Below are positions 1-12,108 of a DNA stretch of 64,000 nucleotides, piece by piece. The notes under the pieces were generated by a model that worked only from the letters and a program-made list of their open reading frames with translations, did not search any database and was not told where the DNA came from. Every line of letters begins with the position of its first letter. Within the stretch, counting starts at the first letter, position 1. Source of the DNA: Hypanus sabinus (lineage: Eukaryota); NCBI RefSeq assembly GCF_030144855.1, contig NC_082735.1:37138001-37202000 (forward strand). Direction: 5' to 3'. The translations under genes were made by a program, and so were the position numbers.

Positions 1-2047
1 ACTCAGCACAAAGGTATGAAGATTATTTTTGGTAGCATTCCATCTTTAGTGAAAATACTGTGGATTGCATATCTAAATCTAGCACAAAATCACTCCTAAA
101 TTAACAGAATATAGATATTAGCCTTTTGAAAGACGAGATGGTACTTCAGAAAGTAGCAAGCACCAACACGTCTTGATGCTCAAGGTGAAGTACATGGGTT
201 AAAATAATGTCATAGTTGGGATTATACTGGTTATTTACACCTTTCCTTTACATTAATATCGCTCACAATGTCAAGTATTATACTTTTAAAATCAGCTTGT
301 GAAAGTTTCCTTTAGTCTACACATGTCAAAATCACATATAACTGCAAAAGGAACAGCATACAGAAGCCAACACAAGTCAAAATGTCTGAAGAGTAAAACA
401 ATGAATGGATAAATCTTTGTCAAGCTAAATCAATTACTATTTTTTTGTATTACATTATTTTAAAATAAATTTGCTCGATCAAATATAGACCAGGCTTGGC
501 AAAGGAGTTTGCCTACAAGCATCTCCATGGAAGTACATAAATGCAATCTTTTTTACGATTGCTGAAACCAAAATTATGCACAATTATACCCTATTATAAT
601 TGCAAGAGCATAACAGAGAAGTGATTCAATTCTGCTGTAACAACTCCCAAGAAACATCCTTTGGAAAGGCTCACACAAAAAAAAAGCATTACATCATTGT
701 CTAGCAGGATTGAATTAATACCTTATTTGGAGGGGCTTTCCAGCATGAACTGATTGCACAGTCAACTACCCAACAAATTATACCCTTAGATATTGAGGGG
801 AGAGGAAAGAATTCCCACTGTTCTCACATTTAGATATCTAATCAGGAAGAGGCAAAAGTGACTTCCCCCATTTCTTCACAAAGGCATAACAAAGATAGAC
901 AAGAACTTAGCATATATTTATGAAGCTACTTTTAACTTAAGATATCCATGGAACTCAATATAACAAACTGAATATGCACCAACTCAAGAAAAAGTTGCAA
1001 ATGTCTACAATTATAAAAACATATGGAAACTGCTACCTATGATCAACAGTCAATATCACACCACAGATACTCTAAGTAATTTCTCAGAAATCAAGGTCTT
1101 CCTTTCTGTTAAATTTCACCATAAGTAGGGGGCAAAAATGCAAATAGGAGCAGTTCGGGAACATAAAGTTTGTAGGATATCTAAAGCAATATTTCATCAA
1201 AAAAAAAATCAGAAACCAAGACATTTGTCATGGGACAGGAAAAGAGAACAAAACAGTTTTCAACTGCTCCTAGCAAAAGCTCAAATTTGAAATAGAAACT
1301 TAGTGAAGAGCAAAATTAGCAGGGATGTGGTGGGGCAGGGGAGAATGGAGAGCAGAACTTATGATTGGAGGAAGGAGGAAGGAAATGCTTAGCTTGTGAC
1401 ATTGGAGGAACTTGGGGATAAGGATTTTAATGTTCAAAAAACAAATAATCCACAAATTAGAGGCAGTTGTTCATTATACTGCAAATTAGCTTTGTGACAA
1501 ATTGCTCTAAAAAGAACAATCCACACATGATGTTTTGTTTACTGAATTCTGAAAAGACTGGAATTAAGTTAAATCTGGCAATCAAAGTATCATACTTACG
1601 CCACCAGATTGTGTCAACACAATAGTCTGCACAAGTCTACTGCAACACATAGGAATGAAGAGATCCCACAATAACAAATAAACCTATTAATCCAAAAAGT
1701 TATCAATGGCTAATCTGAAATGATAAGAGTTGATTGGAAGACTGAAATTTGAAAAGATGAGAGAAAAGTCAACAAAATATTGGGTATAAAATTAGAAAGA
1801 AAAAGCAAATGTGGTCAAAAACTTTGACATCCTTGTACAAAAAGCCAGAGCTTGAAGTACAGCTGAAACATGGATAGTTAATGTGCGGACAGAAAATTTT
1901 AAAGCCAAAAGGAATTTGGGACCTTAACACAGGTCAAAAATAAATGAATAGCCCTACAGACAGGAATCAAAATGCAGATTTGTGACAGCAGCTCTATCTC
2001 CATCAAAAAGATCACAAATGGAGTGGATGCTGGAGGTATTGGCCTAG

Positions 2048-2109
2048 TGTTCATGTGACTGTGTGGGTTCCCTCTAATGTGAAATGGAGACATCTCTTTC
2101 TCCCTTAGT
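2048..2109. repeat. 62-bp perfect inverted copy of 5545-5606
   Basis: Base-by-base reverse-complement identity; ORFs 1899..2150(-) and 5480..5860(+) share LREKEMSPFHIRGNPHSHMN. Confidence 0.95.
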
Positions 2110-3837
2110 GGGTGGAGGATAAGGGAGACTTGACTCCAGAAATGACTCAAACATTAGGTTTCTGGTAATAACAGGGTGTGGTTAAGGACAAGAAATGAAA
2201 GTCCTGTCAGACATATTTAATATTTTTAAGCTTTAGTGTTTTCATGGATGACATTAAAAAAAAAGCAGTCCACTCTTTCTGAAATGTCTTCTAAAAATTC
2301 TCACCACAGGAGTCTAGGATGAGAGTCTGTGACTGAGGAAAAGCTTCAGCAGGATACCAAGGCCTGGGTTGTAGAGGGGCACAGGGCAATTAGTAAGGAG
2401 GAAAAAGATGGGTGAAACATCCAAGTCTAAATATTTAATAAACAGCTTGGTCCAACAACGGCAAGTTTGAATGGAAGTTCGGATGTTATTGTACATTTGG
2501 AAGTGACATTTACCTTCAAATGATTTAATGAACTCAGTGTTATTTTCACTAAGCATCTAACAGCTAGCAAGAATAGTCCTTGTGGAAAAGGAATAAATAC
2601 ATCTTCACTTTCTCTCCATCTCAAAGAAAAACAGGAAGTACGGGGTATATACATCAAGGCAGCATCACCAGAAGAGTTAACATTTCAGGCCAATGATCTT
2701 CCATTGCTATTATTTCCTGTGTTTTGTTAATATTTCAGATTTCTAGTGTCTGCAGTTGCAGTTTTGCTACCTGAGCCAGGAAGAGGACATTTAAAATTAA
2801 AATGCCGCAGATGCTGAAAACCCGAAATAAAAACACGCTGGAAATACTAGCACTGAAAACTCAGTGATATTAAACCCCTCCGCAGATGAGGTCTGAACTA
2901 TGAAGTATCTGCCAAATTTTTGGTTTTCATTTTAATCCAGTTTTAATTCTTTTTGGAGCCATACCGATTAGGATCAACAAAGTCAACAATGACACTAAAT
3001 CATGTTGACCAACTATGACTAGACTCCCGTGGTGAGAATTTTTTAGAAGACATTTCAGAAAGAGTGGACTGCTTTTTCATGTCAGCCATGAAAACACCAA
3101 AGAATAGAAATATTAAATATGTCTGCCAGCATTCCTGTCCTTTATTTTTGCCTTTTAATTCCTCTGTTCCAGACAATCACAACTGCACTAGGCCACAGAC
3201 ATTTGCAACAGACATTTTGCAAAAAAAAGCTTCAAATACCTGGGTGGGTATTCCAATACTCTACTTGAATATGCAGATGAAGAACTAAATTAAGTTTAGT
3301 TGCCTAAGGGACATTTTAGAAGTGAAGAATCAAGAAAAACAGGAAATAAAAAACAATAATGAAAGCCAACCTTTCTCATCCTGTCCATCTTGTGTTTCAT
3401 AAGATACCAGTAAGCACAAAATTGCTTTTCTTTTTTTGATTAGCTTCCCAAAGCACCCATTTTTCAACAAGCTTGACAGTCAGAATTTAATCAGAGGGAC
3501 AGACAGCTTCTAATTTCCCACAATAAACTCACACCAACTATACTCCGCAAAAACATTGCCAAACATATTTCAAAAATTATACAAAGAGCTATTAAACATA
3601 ATAATACCGTAAGTTAGCTCTTCTATATATTTTATTTTTGCTTTCTAAAACTGGCCATTAATTCAAAATGAATTCAACTCAACATTTACCCCAGAGACAA
3701 TGAAGTAGACTAAAGGATAATATTGCTTAAACATTAGCAAAAATTCGTCAAAAACTTCATGAGAACTCAAAATAGTTCTCTATTTAAAACAGTTTATCTA
3801 TTTATTCAAAAATACAAGCTGAGAATACACATTCAAG

Positions 3838-3910
3838 CAAGGGCTCCCAATCTTTTTTCATGCCATGGACCAACACTATCAAAACAAGGACCACATGTTG
3901 AAAACCCCTG
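3838..3910 (+). mobile_element. Approximately 80-bp hAT (Charlie-like) MITE, degenerate copy
   Basis: CAAGGGCTCCCAA...TTGAAAACCCCTG termini; internal ATGCCATGGACC shared with the other copies. Confidence 0.65.
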
Positions 3911-4849
3911 CAAGGATGAAATATAATTTTCAATCATTCTGCGTCTTAAAGCAAATACTGGAAGTTGCTTTTCAGATTATCTCGAAATAAAAGAACGTGT
4001 CTTTCTTCACATCAAAAACTATTTGTTGGGAACCAAGAAGCAAAACAGAGGATTTCCAAGAAATTTTGGAAACATCTCCTCAGCAAACAATTTATTGATT
4101 TCCGATACTATTGTTCATTGACAGGCTCGAGTGTCCTCACAGAAGGCCTAAACAACCAAGAGCCGTAAAAATGTTAATGTGCCACATAAAGGTCACTAAT
4201 ACTGAAAAAAAGTGGTAAATACACAACTACAAGAATAAGGGGACAGTACTTTATGACTGAGTTAGCACAAATTTCTTCACCCACTAGTTTGATGGTCAAC
4301 TAAAGAACCCCATGAGGGGCCAACATAATCAGTTCTGATAGTGTTGAGTTAGGAAAGACAAAATGTTTTGGGTCAAGGAATCTGATACTTAGGTCCTGAC
4401 TGTTTGCCAAGTTAGATTTTATGTCCTTTTCTTTATTTGACATCTTCCTGCTCCATGGAAAGCCACACTACCGATTTCAACCTCAATTGAGGAAATGGTT
4501 GACAGTTAAGCTGTGGCTGGAAAGAAAGAAAAGATACAGAACTGATGTGGAAAGCCTATTTATGATATTCCTATAAAATCCAGGAACACTGAAAATATTG
4601 GGCTGCTTGGACACAAATGTTTCTCATGACAATATTTACATATTGTAACTGCAAAGAGTAACTGAAGAAAGGCTATATATTTAAAATAACACCAGAAAAT
4701 TGTTCTCTCATTTCACCTTGTGCTGGGGTGCTGGTAACATTATTCTGGAAGAATAAATCACAGCTTAATTCCACTGTGCTATAACATTGATTAAACATAA
4801 TTTTCTTTCCCAAAAAGCACAAATTGTTATTAAAATTCCACACACTCAC

Positions 4850-4929
4850 CTGCCTAGTCTGAGTGTTCAGATAAGGCTCAAAATCGTCATCATTCAGTGC
4901 ATCCTTTTGGTGAACCGCTCCATTTTGCA
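4850..4929 (-). CDS. YTHDF2: YTHDF2 coding exon 3, 80 nt (VQNGAVHQKDALNDDDFEPYLNTQTRQ); gene continues beyond position 1
   Basis: TTCTTTTATAG| acceptor and CAG|GTGAGT donor; phase matches exon 2; resembles human YTHDF2 VQNGSVHQKDGLNDDDFEPYLSPQAR. Confidence 0.92.
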
Positions 4930-5159
4930 CTATAAAAGAAATAATCAAAGGATTATTGAGATGCAGCACAGAAATCAGCCCTTCAGCTGACCACAATCAA
5001 CAAACACCGGTCCTGCTATAACACAATCTATTCCTCCACACATTCCGACACTATCCCATTCCCAGATTCTACTAGTTAACCACACACAAGAGACAATTTA
5101 AAGAGGCCAATTAACATACTTATCTAACTTTGTGATGAAGGACACCAGAGCACCTTGGG

Positions 5160-5230
5160 CAGGTGTTCCCTACCTGGGGTCCACAAGCCCCTTGGTTAAT
5201 GATAAGGCTCCGTGGGATAAAAAAGGTTGG
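5160..5230 (-). mobile_element. hAT MITE copy in reverse orientation, truncated by an adjacent repeat
   Basis: Reverse complement resembles the copies at 5665-5744 and 16886-16965. Confidence 0.65.
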
Positions 5231-5544
5231 TTTCAAAGGTACATTTAATGTCAGAGAAATGTATACAATATACATCTTGAAACGCTTTTTCTTTGCAAAA
5301 CAGAGGGGTGCCCCAAAGAATGAATGACAGTAAAATGTTAGAACCCCAAAGTCTCCCCTCCCTCCTGCACGTAAGCAACAGCAAGCAACAACTCCCCCTC
5401 CCCCCACTGGCAAGAAAAGCATCAACACCCGCCACCGAGCACTCAAGCGTGCAGCAAAAGCAACAGCAAAGAAGCAAACTTGCAGTACTCCAAAGGCTAC
5501 AGGGTCACCCGGTACTCGACATACCACAGGCCCTCGTTCTCCCT

Positions 5545-5606
5545 ACTAAGGGAGAAAGAGATGTCTCCATTTCACATTAGAGGGAACCCACACAGTCACA
5601 TGAACA
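5545..5606. repeat. Partner (likely donor) of the 62-bp inverted repeat at 2048-2109
   Basis: Exact reverse complement of 2048-2109; embedded in longer repeat-derived sequence. Confidence 0.95.
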
Positions 5607-5664
5607 AACAAGCTCAGCAGGTCAGGACTGAAACCAGATTACTGAAGCTGCAAGGCAGAAGCTC

Positions 5665-5744
5665 TAATCTTTCCAACCTCTTTATGCCATGGACCCCCTA
5701 CCATTATATGAGGGGGTCTGTAGACCCCAGGTTAGGAGCCCCTG
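5665..5744 (+). mobile_element. hAT MITE copy
   Basis: TTCCAACCTCTTTATGCCATGGACCCC...CCCCAGGTTAGGAGCCCCTG. Confidence 0.7.
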
Positions 5745-6255
5745 CATTACATGGCGATGGGAAAGAAATGGGAGATGGGAGACAGAAATGCAATGAGAAC
5801 CTAAGATTTTTAGGTCACACTACCAGAAAACACCCAAAGATCAACTATAGTGCCAAGTAACTAACCAAGATTGATCTGCTTACAAATAAAATTGAGGAGT
5901 GATATAAAATCAGGCGAAGAGAAAGCCACCTCTTTTAGCCTCTCCTAAAGAGCAGCTTTCAGAAAGAGAATCAACAAAACTAATCATATTTGCATCCTTA
6001 CCAGACACTTACTCTTGCACTTAAGCAACGGTTTGATTTGCATGACTCACTAACTCGCCATCTACTCAGTAGGCCAGACAAGCACGTGGTGTAACCATTC
6101 AAAGATATGGCATTCCTGCCAAGATAAAAATGCTTAATGCCTATGAATAGCAGCTTAGCTTTCCTGTTGCATGCTTTTGTTAATAGGGCATATCACCACT
6201 TTTAAAACTCCAGGCAACCAATAATAAGTTCCTTGTCCAACACTTGGAATAAGTA

Positions 6256-7090
6256 CAGTGGATTCCAGACAAATTGGGCCATTGGTTAATCAGGGCAGCC
6301 ACTTATATGGGACAACGCTTAAAGAACAAAAGCGAATCGAGAAAATTACCAGGATTCCCTTCATTTACTTGGGACACTACGCCGCTTAATTAAAGCAAGA
6401 GAATGTTGTTGAGCAGGTTCCAGTTAGCATCAGTCGCATATATTTGTGAGGCTGTTATAACACTACACCATGCTTTGAGTGGACAGTTTTTAAAAAATGG
6501 TGTCAGTTGGATGTGTGTGTTCAAAAAGCAGTGATTTTTGTCAGAAAATACTATTGGCCAGAAATGAGCAGCAAGGCAATTCAGAATTGTTTTGCTCACT
6601 ATGATTTCAACCATTCAGGCTTAAAGATGCCAGAAACAGCCAGCAGCAAAAATGAAATCATTTCACTACTTCAACAAGTTGGGGACTATGAAGAAGTTGA
6701 AGGTATGGACAATCACCTCGAATGTTACAATGAAAATCAGGATTTGGAGGATGTAATCATTGAAAACATTGTATGAATATAGTCCATTATCTGAAGTAGG
6801 CATCTGCGCTGATTTAGTTCATTTACAAAAGAACATGGCAGCGTACAGTGGATGAATTCCTCCATTAATAATTATAAGTAATACAGTTTTATAATACTGT
6901 GAAAAGTATCTATAGTGTACAAATTTGTCCTGAATCTCATTTAAATACATCATTTGTTAGTTAGATGGTAATCTGCTTTTTTAAAAAAATACCTCAACTC
7001 TTTCCATGAAACTTCAGCTAACTAGCACAGCCACTTAATTGGGCTAAAACGTACTGGCCCCGATGTGTCCCAATTAACCAGAATACACTT
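6256..7090 (+). mobile_element. Tigger/pogo-type non-autonomous DNA transposon
   Basis: TA|CAGTGGATTCC left TIR and degenerate right TIR. ORF 6507..6776 (W..MSSKAIQNCFAH) resembles a Tigger transposase C-terminus. Two more copies occur in the window. Confidence 0.75.
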
Positions 7091-9218
7091 CAGAAGCACC
7101 AGAAAATAGAGGATACTGGTATATAAATACTTCCATATTAACATGAACTACAACTCCACAGAAGATAAATGAAGTAAGTGTACTGTCTTGTATGCTATTT
7201 AGTTACAAACTGGAAAGTCAGATTTGATACCATGATGTGCTAGACCATTCTATAATGTCTCAGCAATGCATGTCCAAGGAGGTACAAAGATACAATGACC
7301 ACTGAAGAAAACGCAAAGCTCTTGACATATAAAACACAAAATTTAATCCTTCCAATCAAACAGCACCCCAACAATATTGGAGCTCACATGCAATAAATGG
7401 CCAATCTTTATGTGGCAGACAACTTGTGTTACAAGTTGGAAGAAAATTTGGGGATTAACAAGGAAAATCGAGATTGGAAATATCAAGCCAAGTCTCTGGT
7501 TTGATACCTGCCATGACGAATCAGCTGCTGTTTGCATCACAACTAAAATCACACTAAAAATAACACTACTTTAAGTGGGAATGCTAAATCTTTGGAAGCT
7601 TCTAAACTATGCTAATAACTGCAGCAAGTGATAACGCAACCTCTATGAACACAGTCACAAATGCTTTCATTTGTGCTGGACTTGTATTTAGAGATCACAC
7701 ACCAATGCTGGCAGAGAATCCAGATGCATCTTTCCACAAACATTAATTTGGCAAACACAAGCCCAAAAATGTGAAACGATTATCCTAATCCGTCCTTTTA
7801 GTTAAATTATTGGTCAGCCTGAAACCTGTCCAGGGATTAACTTTACTCAGTTCCCACATATATTTAACCTATACTTGGGACCCATTGCCAGATAACCAGT
7901 AAAGTATACAAGAAAAAGATTTCAGGACAAAGAAAATGTTATAATCTGGAAGGTTAGATTCATCAAGACTTAAATAACCAACTTGTTATGGGCAAAGGAT
8001 ATGTGCTGTTTGGCAGAGATCAATTACTAATTAATGCAATAATTAGAAAGGTAAAGCATTTAATTTTGATACAATGATGTAAAAGCATATATTGTAACTA
8101 CAAACATATTTATATTTGAAAAAATGTTTATTTTTCCACAAAGGCAGAACTACAGGTTACACTCAAACCAACACAAATTCATTTCCTATACAAGAATAAA
8201 CTATGGAAGGGGAAAAAATTGTTCTTGCCTCAAAAAAATGACAGTGAACAGTACAAAGACTGAAGAAAAATGGAAACAAAATGTTGCCTGCTGCAGGAAA
8301 TGATACAAAGCACAATAAGCATATTTAGTTCACCTAACTGATACCAAATTACATTTATTAAAATAATTGTTTACATTTAAACACAGGAAATATTATATTA
8401 TGGACATGACATAGCTAAAAGTACAAAATGGATCCAAGCATCCCCAGCAGGTGAATGTGTTTATAAAGTTAGAGTTTTCATTGGAGAGTTTATTATTTAA
8501 GATTACTTATTCAATAAAACTTGTGACACCAGAGACCGCAGGTGCAGTGATCTGCAGCAAAGAGCAAACTGGGTGAAGGAACTCGAGGGTCAAGCAGTAT
8601 CAGAGTTAATGCGATGGTCGATTCCCTGAACCAAAACTCCCCAATTTACGGAAGTGGAATACAAAGACTATTTATTTGTATAATCTTAAACCCTCAACTC
8701 GTGGAACTGCGCCACAATTGAAATAAAAACCTAAGTATCTCGAAGAATTGCGATCAATATTCGAGAATATAAAATGACGATGGTATTAAAATACATTAGT
8801 CATTCTTCCTGTTCATGGGGAAATGTGCGTCTAAAACAAACTTACTTTAAGACAAACTCCCATTCTGGGTTCACACCTTAAGAGGTATAAAGGTTGGGGT
8901 GCGTCAGAAGGGAAAGATAATTGGAGCGGGAAGGCAATTCAACAGATGTATCAGGGGACTGACAACTCGAGACCCAGGCTTTTAGGCCTATCTACTGCCC
9001 TTTCCCTCTTGCCCTCACCAAGCACACAAGGTTTTCTTCATATCAGGGGCTTGATTCGAGAAGGCAGGCCCGTTCTTGCGAAAGGAGGAAGAACCAAGCC
9101 CCGCTCCCGCCTTTCACACGCGGCCCCAGCCACCATTTTAGAATCAAACCCCCGGACAGGCCGAAACGGCAGGGCCTTCCGCCGCCCCATCAGGAGGGAG
9201 CGAACCACACTTTCTTAC

Positions 9219-9243
9219 CTTTGTTTCCTTGGCCTTTCGGTCT
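9219..9243 (-). CDS. YTHDF2: YTHDF2 coding exon 2, 25-nt microexon (RPKGQGNK+G)
   Basis: CCGCAG| acceptor and |GTAAGA donor; peptide identical to YTHDF2/3 RPKGQGNK. Confidence 0.92.
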
Positions 9244-9427
9244 CTGCGGCAGTAGGTTTCCACCACGGTGAGCAAAGAGGGAGAGAAGAAAAGAGGAAAG
9301 ATCATTAATGGAATGCCGAGGCTGCGGCCTAACAGCCACAACCACCACCCTGCCCGCCTTCCTGCCCCGTCTCCCCGTGTAGAAATCGGAACGCCGACCC
9401 CGGCCGGTAAACACTGACGGTCCATAC

Positions 9428-9454
9428 CTGATCCAGGACGCTGGTGGCCGACAT
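9428..9454 (-). CDS. YTHDF2: YTH domain family m6A reader, coding exon 1 (MSATSVLDQ)
   Basis: ATG at 9454-9452; 27 nt ending CAG|GTATGG donor. Splices in frame to exons 2-3 to give the YTHDF N-terminus. Lies in a CpG island directly downstream of GMEB1, as in human. Confidence 0.9.
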
Positions 9455-9966
9455 TTCTTCATGAACCGAAACCGGGGGGTGGGGAGGGGGAAGGGGGGAG
9501 AGTCGCTACGCGGGTCCCGAGGCTGTGGGCTGGGCTCCAGCGGCCTGTCGAAGGTGGGGGTGCGGGAGGGCGCCGCGCAGAGATCGGGATTTATTTATTT
9601 TTTTCCTCCACCTCCCCGACCGATCGATCCGCGCCGCCGGTCTTGTGAGCGCTCTCTCTCTCTCGACGGCTCGCCGCTCGCTCGTCGTTCCCCGTCAGGG
9701 CCCGCTGCTCCACTCGCTCGCTCCCTCCCGCACACAATGGCAGCGCCGCTCACATGGGCCACAGCGGAAACCCAGTTTACAAGAGAACCGCCTGCGCACC
9801 GAGCTCGCCCCGCGCACTCCCCCGCCCCCCTCAGGATCACAGCAGACCCGGCTCACGCCGTCCTCCTGACACAGCGCCCCCTGCCACCGGCCTCCATCCC
9901 ACACCTTCCCGCGGGAGGCCACTCAGCCCATCTGCCAAAATACTCGATGCTTGCAAATAACTAAAT

Positions 9967-10023
9967 CAGGCGTTCCCAACTTATTTTAAGCCATTAGTCC
10001 ATGGACCGGTTTGAAAACCCCTG
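9967..10023 (+). mobile_element. hAT MITE copy, internally deleted, at the edge of the YTHDF2 CpG island
   Basis: CAGGCGTTCCCAA...TTGAAAACCCCTG; degenerate 8-bp flanks AACTAAAT/AGCTAAGT. Confidence 0.65.
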
Positions 10024-11079
10024 AGCTAAGTTAAAGGATGATAAAAGGGGAATGAATCCCGAAATATTCGGCATGTTATTAACAGACAGACTTGGTAATT
10101 GAAACAATTTCTATTTCCCCTAACCAAACCAAAACCTTATGGTACTGTACCCCTTCACAAGTCCTTCAACCTCCTTCACTCTATGGAGAACAATCCGAGT
10201 CTCACCTTGTAACTGAAATATTATAGTATTTTTTTAAAGATTAAAGATTACCTTCAATTGTCACAAGTACGTCGAATAGGAATTGATGCCCCAGTCACTG
10301 GCACTGTAAACCACTACGTTATCTGTAACGCTAACTTGCCACCCAAATTCCATGAAATAGTCTAAGAACCCCAATAGTTCTGTTTGCATTCTCTCTCAGA
10401 TCTTAAATTCATTTCTAGTGTCAAAGCCAGAATTACGTACCAGGTTTGGGCCGTATCCATGGTTGACGAAAGAGAGGTAAAGTTTCTGTTTGCAAAGGTT
10501 CCATCATGAGTAGATTATGTTCAACTTTCTTCACAGCAGTGTGACTCTTCCTCCATCCAGTTTGACTGTTGGTTTTGAATTGGCTTCCATCTCCTTTCAG
10601 TCATCTGATCTTAGACTAACAAATTTCATCTCCCTGCTGGTTCTTCTGTCCAGACCTCAAGCACGAGTTGTCTGATTATTGAAACTGCTGCCTTGGAAAT
10701 TATTTCTACTTTATTAAAGTCATTCATTATATTGAACACACTAATGAAATTGCATCTCTACCTTATCTTCTCCAAGGGAACAAAATTGGCTTCTCAGCCT
10801 CTGCACATTCAAGTCCCTCATCTCTCATATAATTTCAGTAAATGTTCTCTCTACCTCCAAGAAATTTATATCCTTCCTAAATAGTGGCCCTAAACACCCA
10901 GCTGGATGCATCTTTGACAAAATATCAACACAAGTCATTTTCAAATTATTTTCTTTCTTATAGTAATAAAGTCAAGGCATTCTGAACTTGAACTGCCGGC
11001 ATTAACGTACCACTTTCCAGACATAAACATGGATCTCTCCTTTCCTGTGTCACTTTAAAGTCATACTATTCTTGCAAGT

Positions 11080-11508
11080 CCCTACAAAGGATCACGAGGA
11101 CTGCGGAGAGGATCATCGGAGTCTCTCTTCCGCCCATTACAGATATTTATCGTACTTTGCGTACGCAGGGTCCTTAGCATTATCAGTGATTCCAATAATT
11201 TCTTTGATGCCCCCTACCATCAGGCAATGGGTAGCATAGCATTAGGACGAGAACTGTTCAGATGGGAAACAGCTTCTGCCCCCCAGGCCATAAGGCTACT
11301 GAGCTGCCTGCCACCACCTAGGTCTCATCACATATGAAGCACCAATACTGTTTACTTTTTAACTTGTGTTGTATATGCACTCACCATATTATTTGCTAGT
11401 TAATGTGTGTGTTATATGAACTGTTTTGTGCATCATGGTACGGAGGAACATTGTCTTGTTTGGCAGTTTGCATGTGTATGGTTCAACAACAATGAATTTA
11501 AACTTGAC
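11080..11508 (+). mobile_element. Rex1/L2-like LINE 3' fragment
   Basis: LQRITRTAERIIGVSLP-like coding remnant followed by an AT-rich 3' tail. Confidence 0.6.
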
Positions 11509-12108
11509 ATTTCCTCTTTCACTTTAAAATCATGTTATTCTTGTTGGGAGGGCTCTTTGATTATCTTATTTGCAGAAAGAAGTGTAGACGGAGTTAATGG
11601 AATCAGAATGAGTACCCTACAGAATGGGGAACAAGTGTTGAGGTATTTGAAATTTGTCAGATTCCTTGACTGTTCTGGCAGGTGACATGCATTCAAGCAT
11701 GTCCTTGACTCAGAGATTATATATCAGGAAGATGACTGACTTCTGAGACGTTGGATAGAAAGGTGTGATCGATGCAATTGGGTGGGACTCAGCCCTACAC
11801 CATTTGAGGTCTAATCATTACTGAGGCATCTCTAAGGCTTAAGCAGCACCACCTAGACACAGAAGCCAGGCAACATTGCACAGACACATCTATCTCAATT
11901 GTGCAAGTGTGGCAGCAGGCAGGATCCAGAAAGATCTGGTCCATTAGGTTTCTCCATATTCTCCTGAATCCTGCTCTGCACCTTCTGTTTATTATGTTAA
12001 CTGGTTTATATCATCTGCAAACTTTAAAATTATGCCCTTCATGCTCAAGTGTTGAAAATCAATACACATGTAAATTCAATAACCACACATATGTACATAC
12101 AACACACA

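Larger units (their letters stand above)
8950..9960 (-). promoter_or_regulatory. CpG island / promoter and 5' UTR of YTHDF2
   Basis: Sharp GC and CpG enrichment against an AT-rich background. GC box CCCCGCCC near 9819-9826, E2F-like TTCCCGCGGGA near 9906-9916, YY1-like motifs near 9130 and 9735. TSS not mapped. Confidence 0.8.

Noticed and set aside
6507-6776. Possible domesticated Tigger (TIGD-like) gene
   Set aside because: Only a short C-terminal remnant inside a TIR-bounded repeat present three times, with the other copies disrupted.
9461-9964. 167-aa plus-strand ORF and other overlapping ORFs in the YTHDF2 CpG island
   Set aside because: Stop-poor GC-rich sequence giving R/P/A/G-biased peptides with no recognisable domain.
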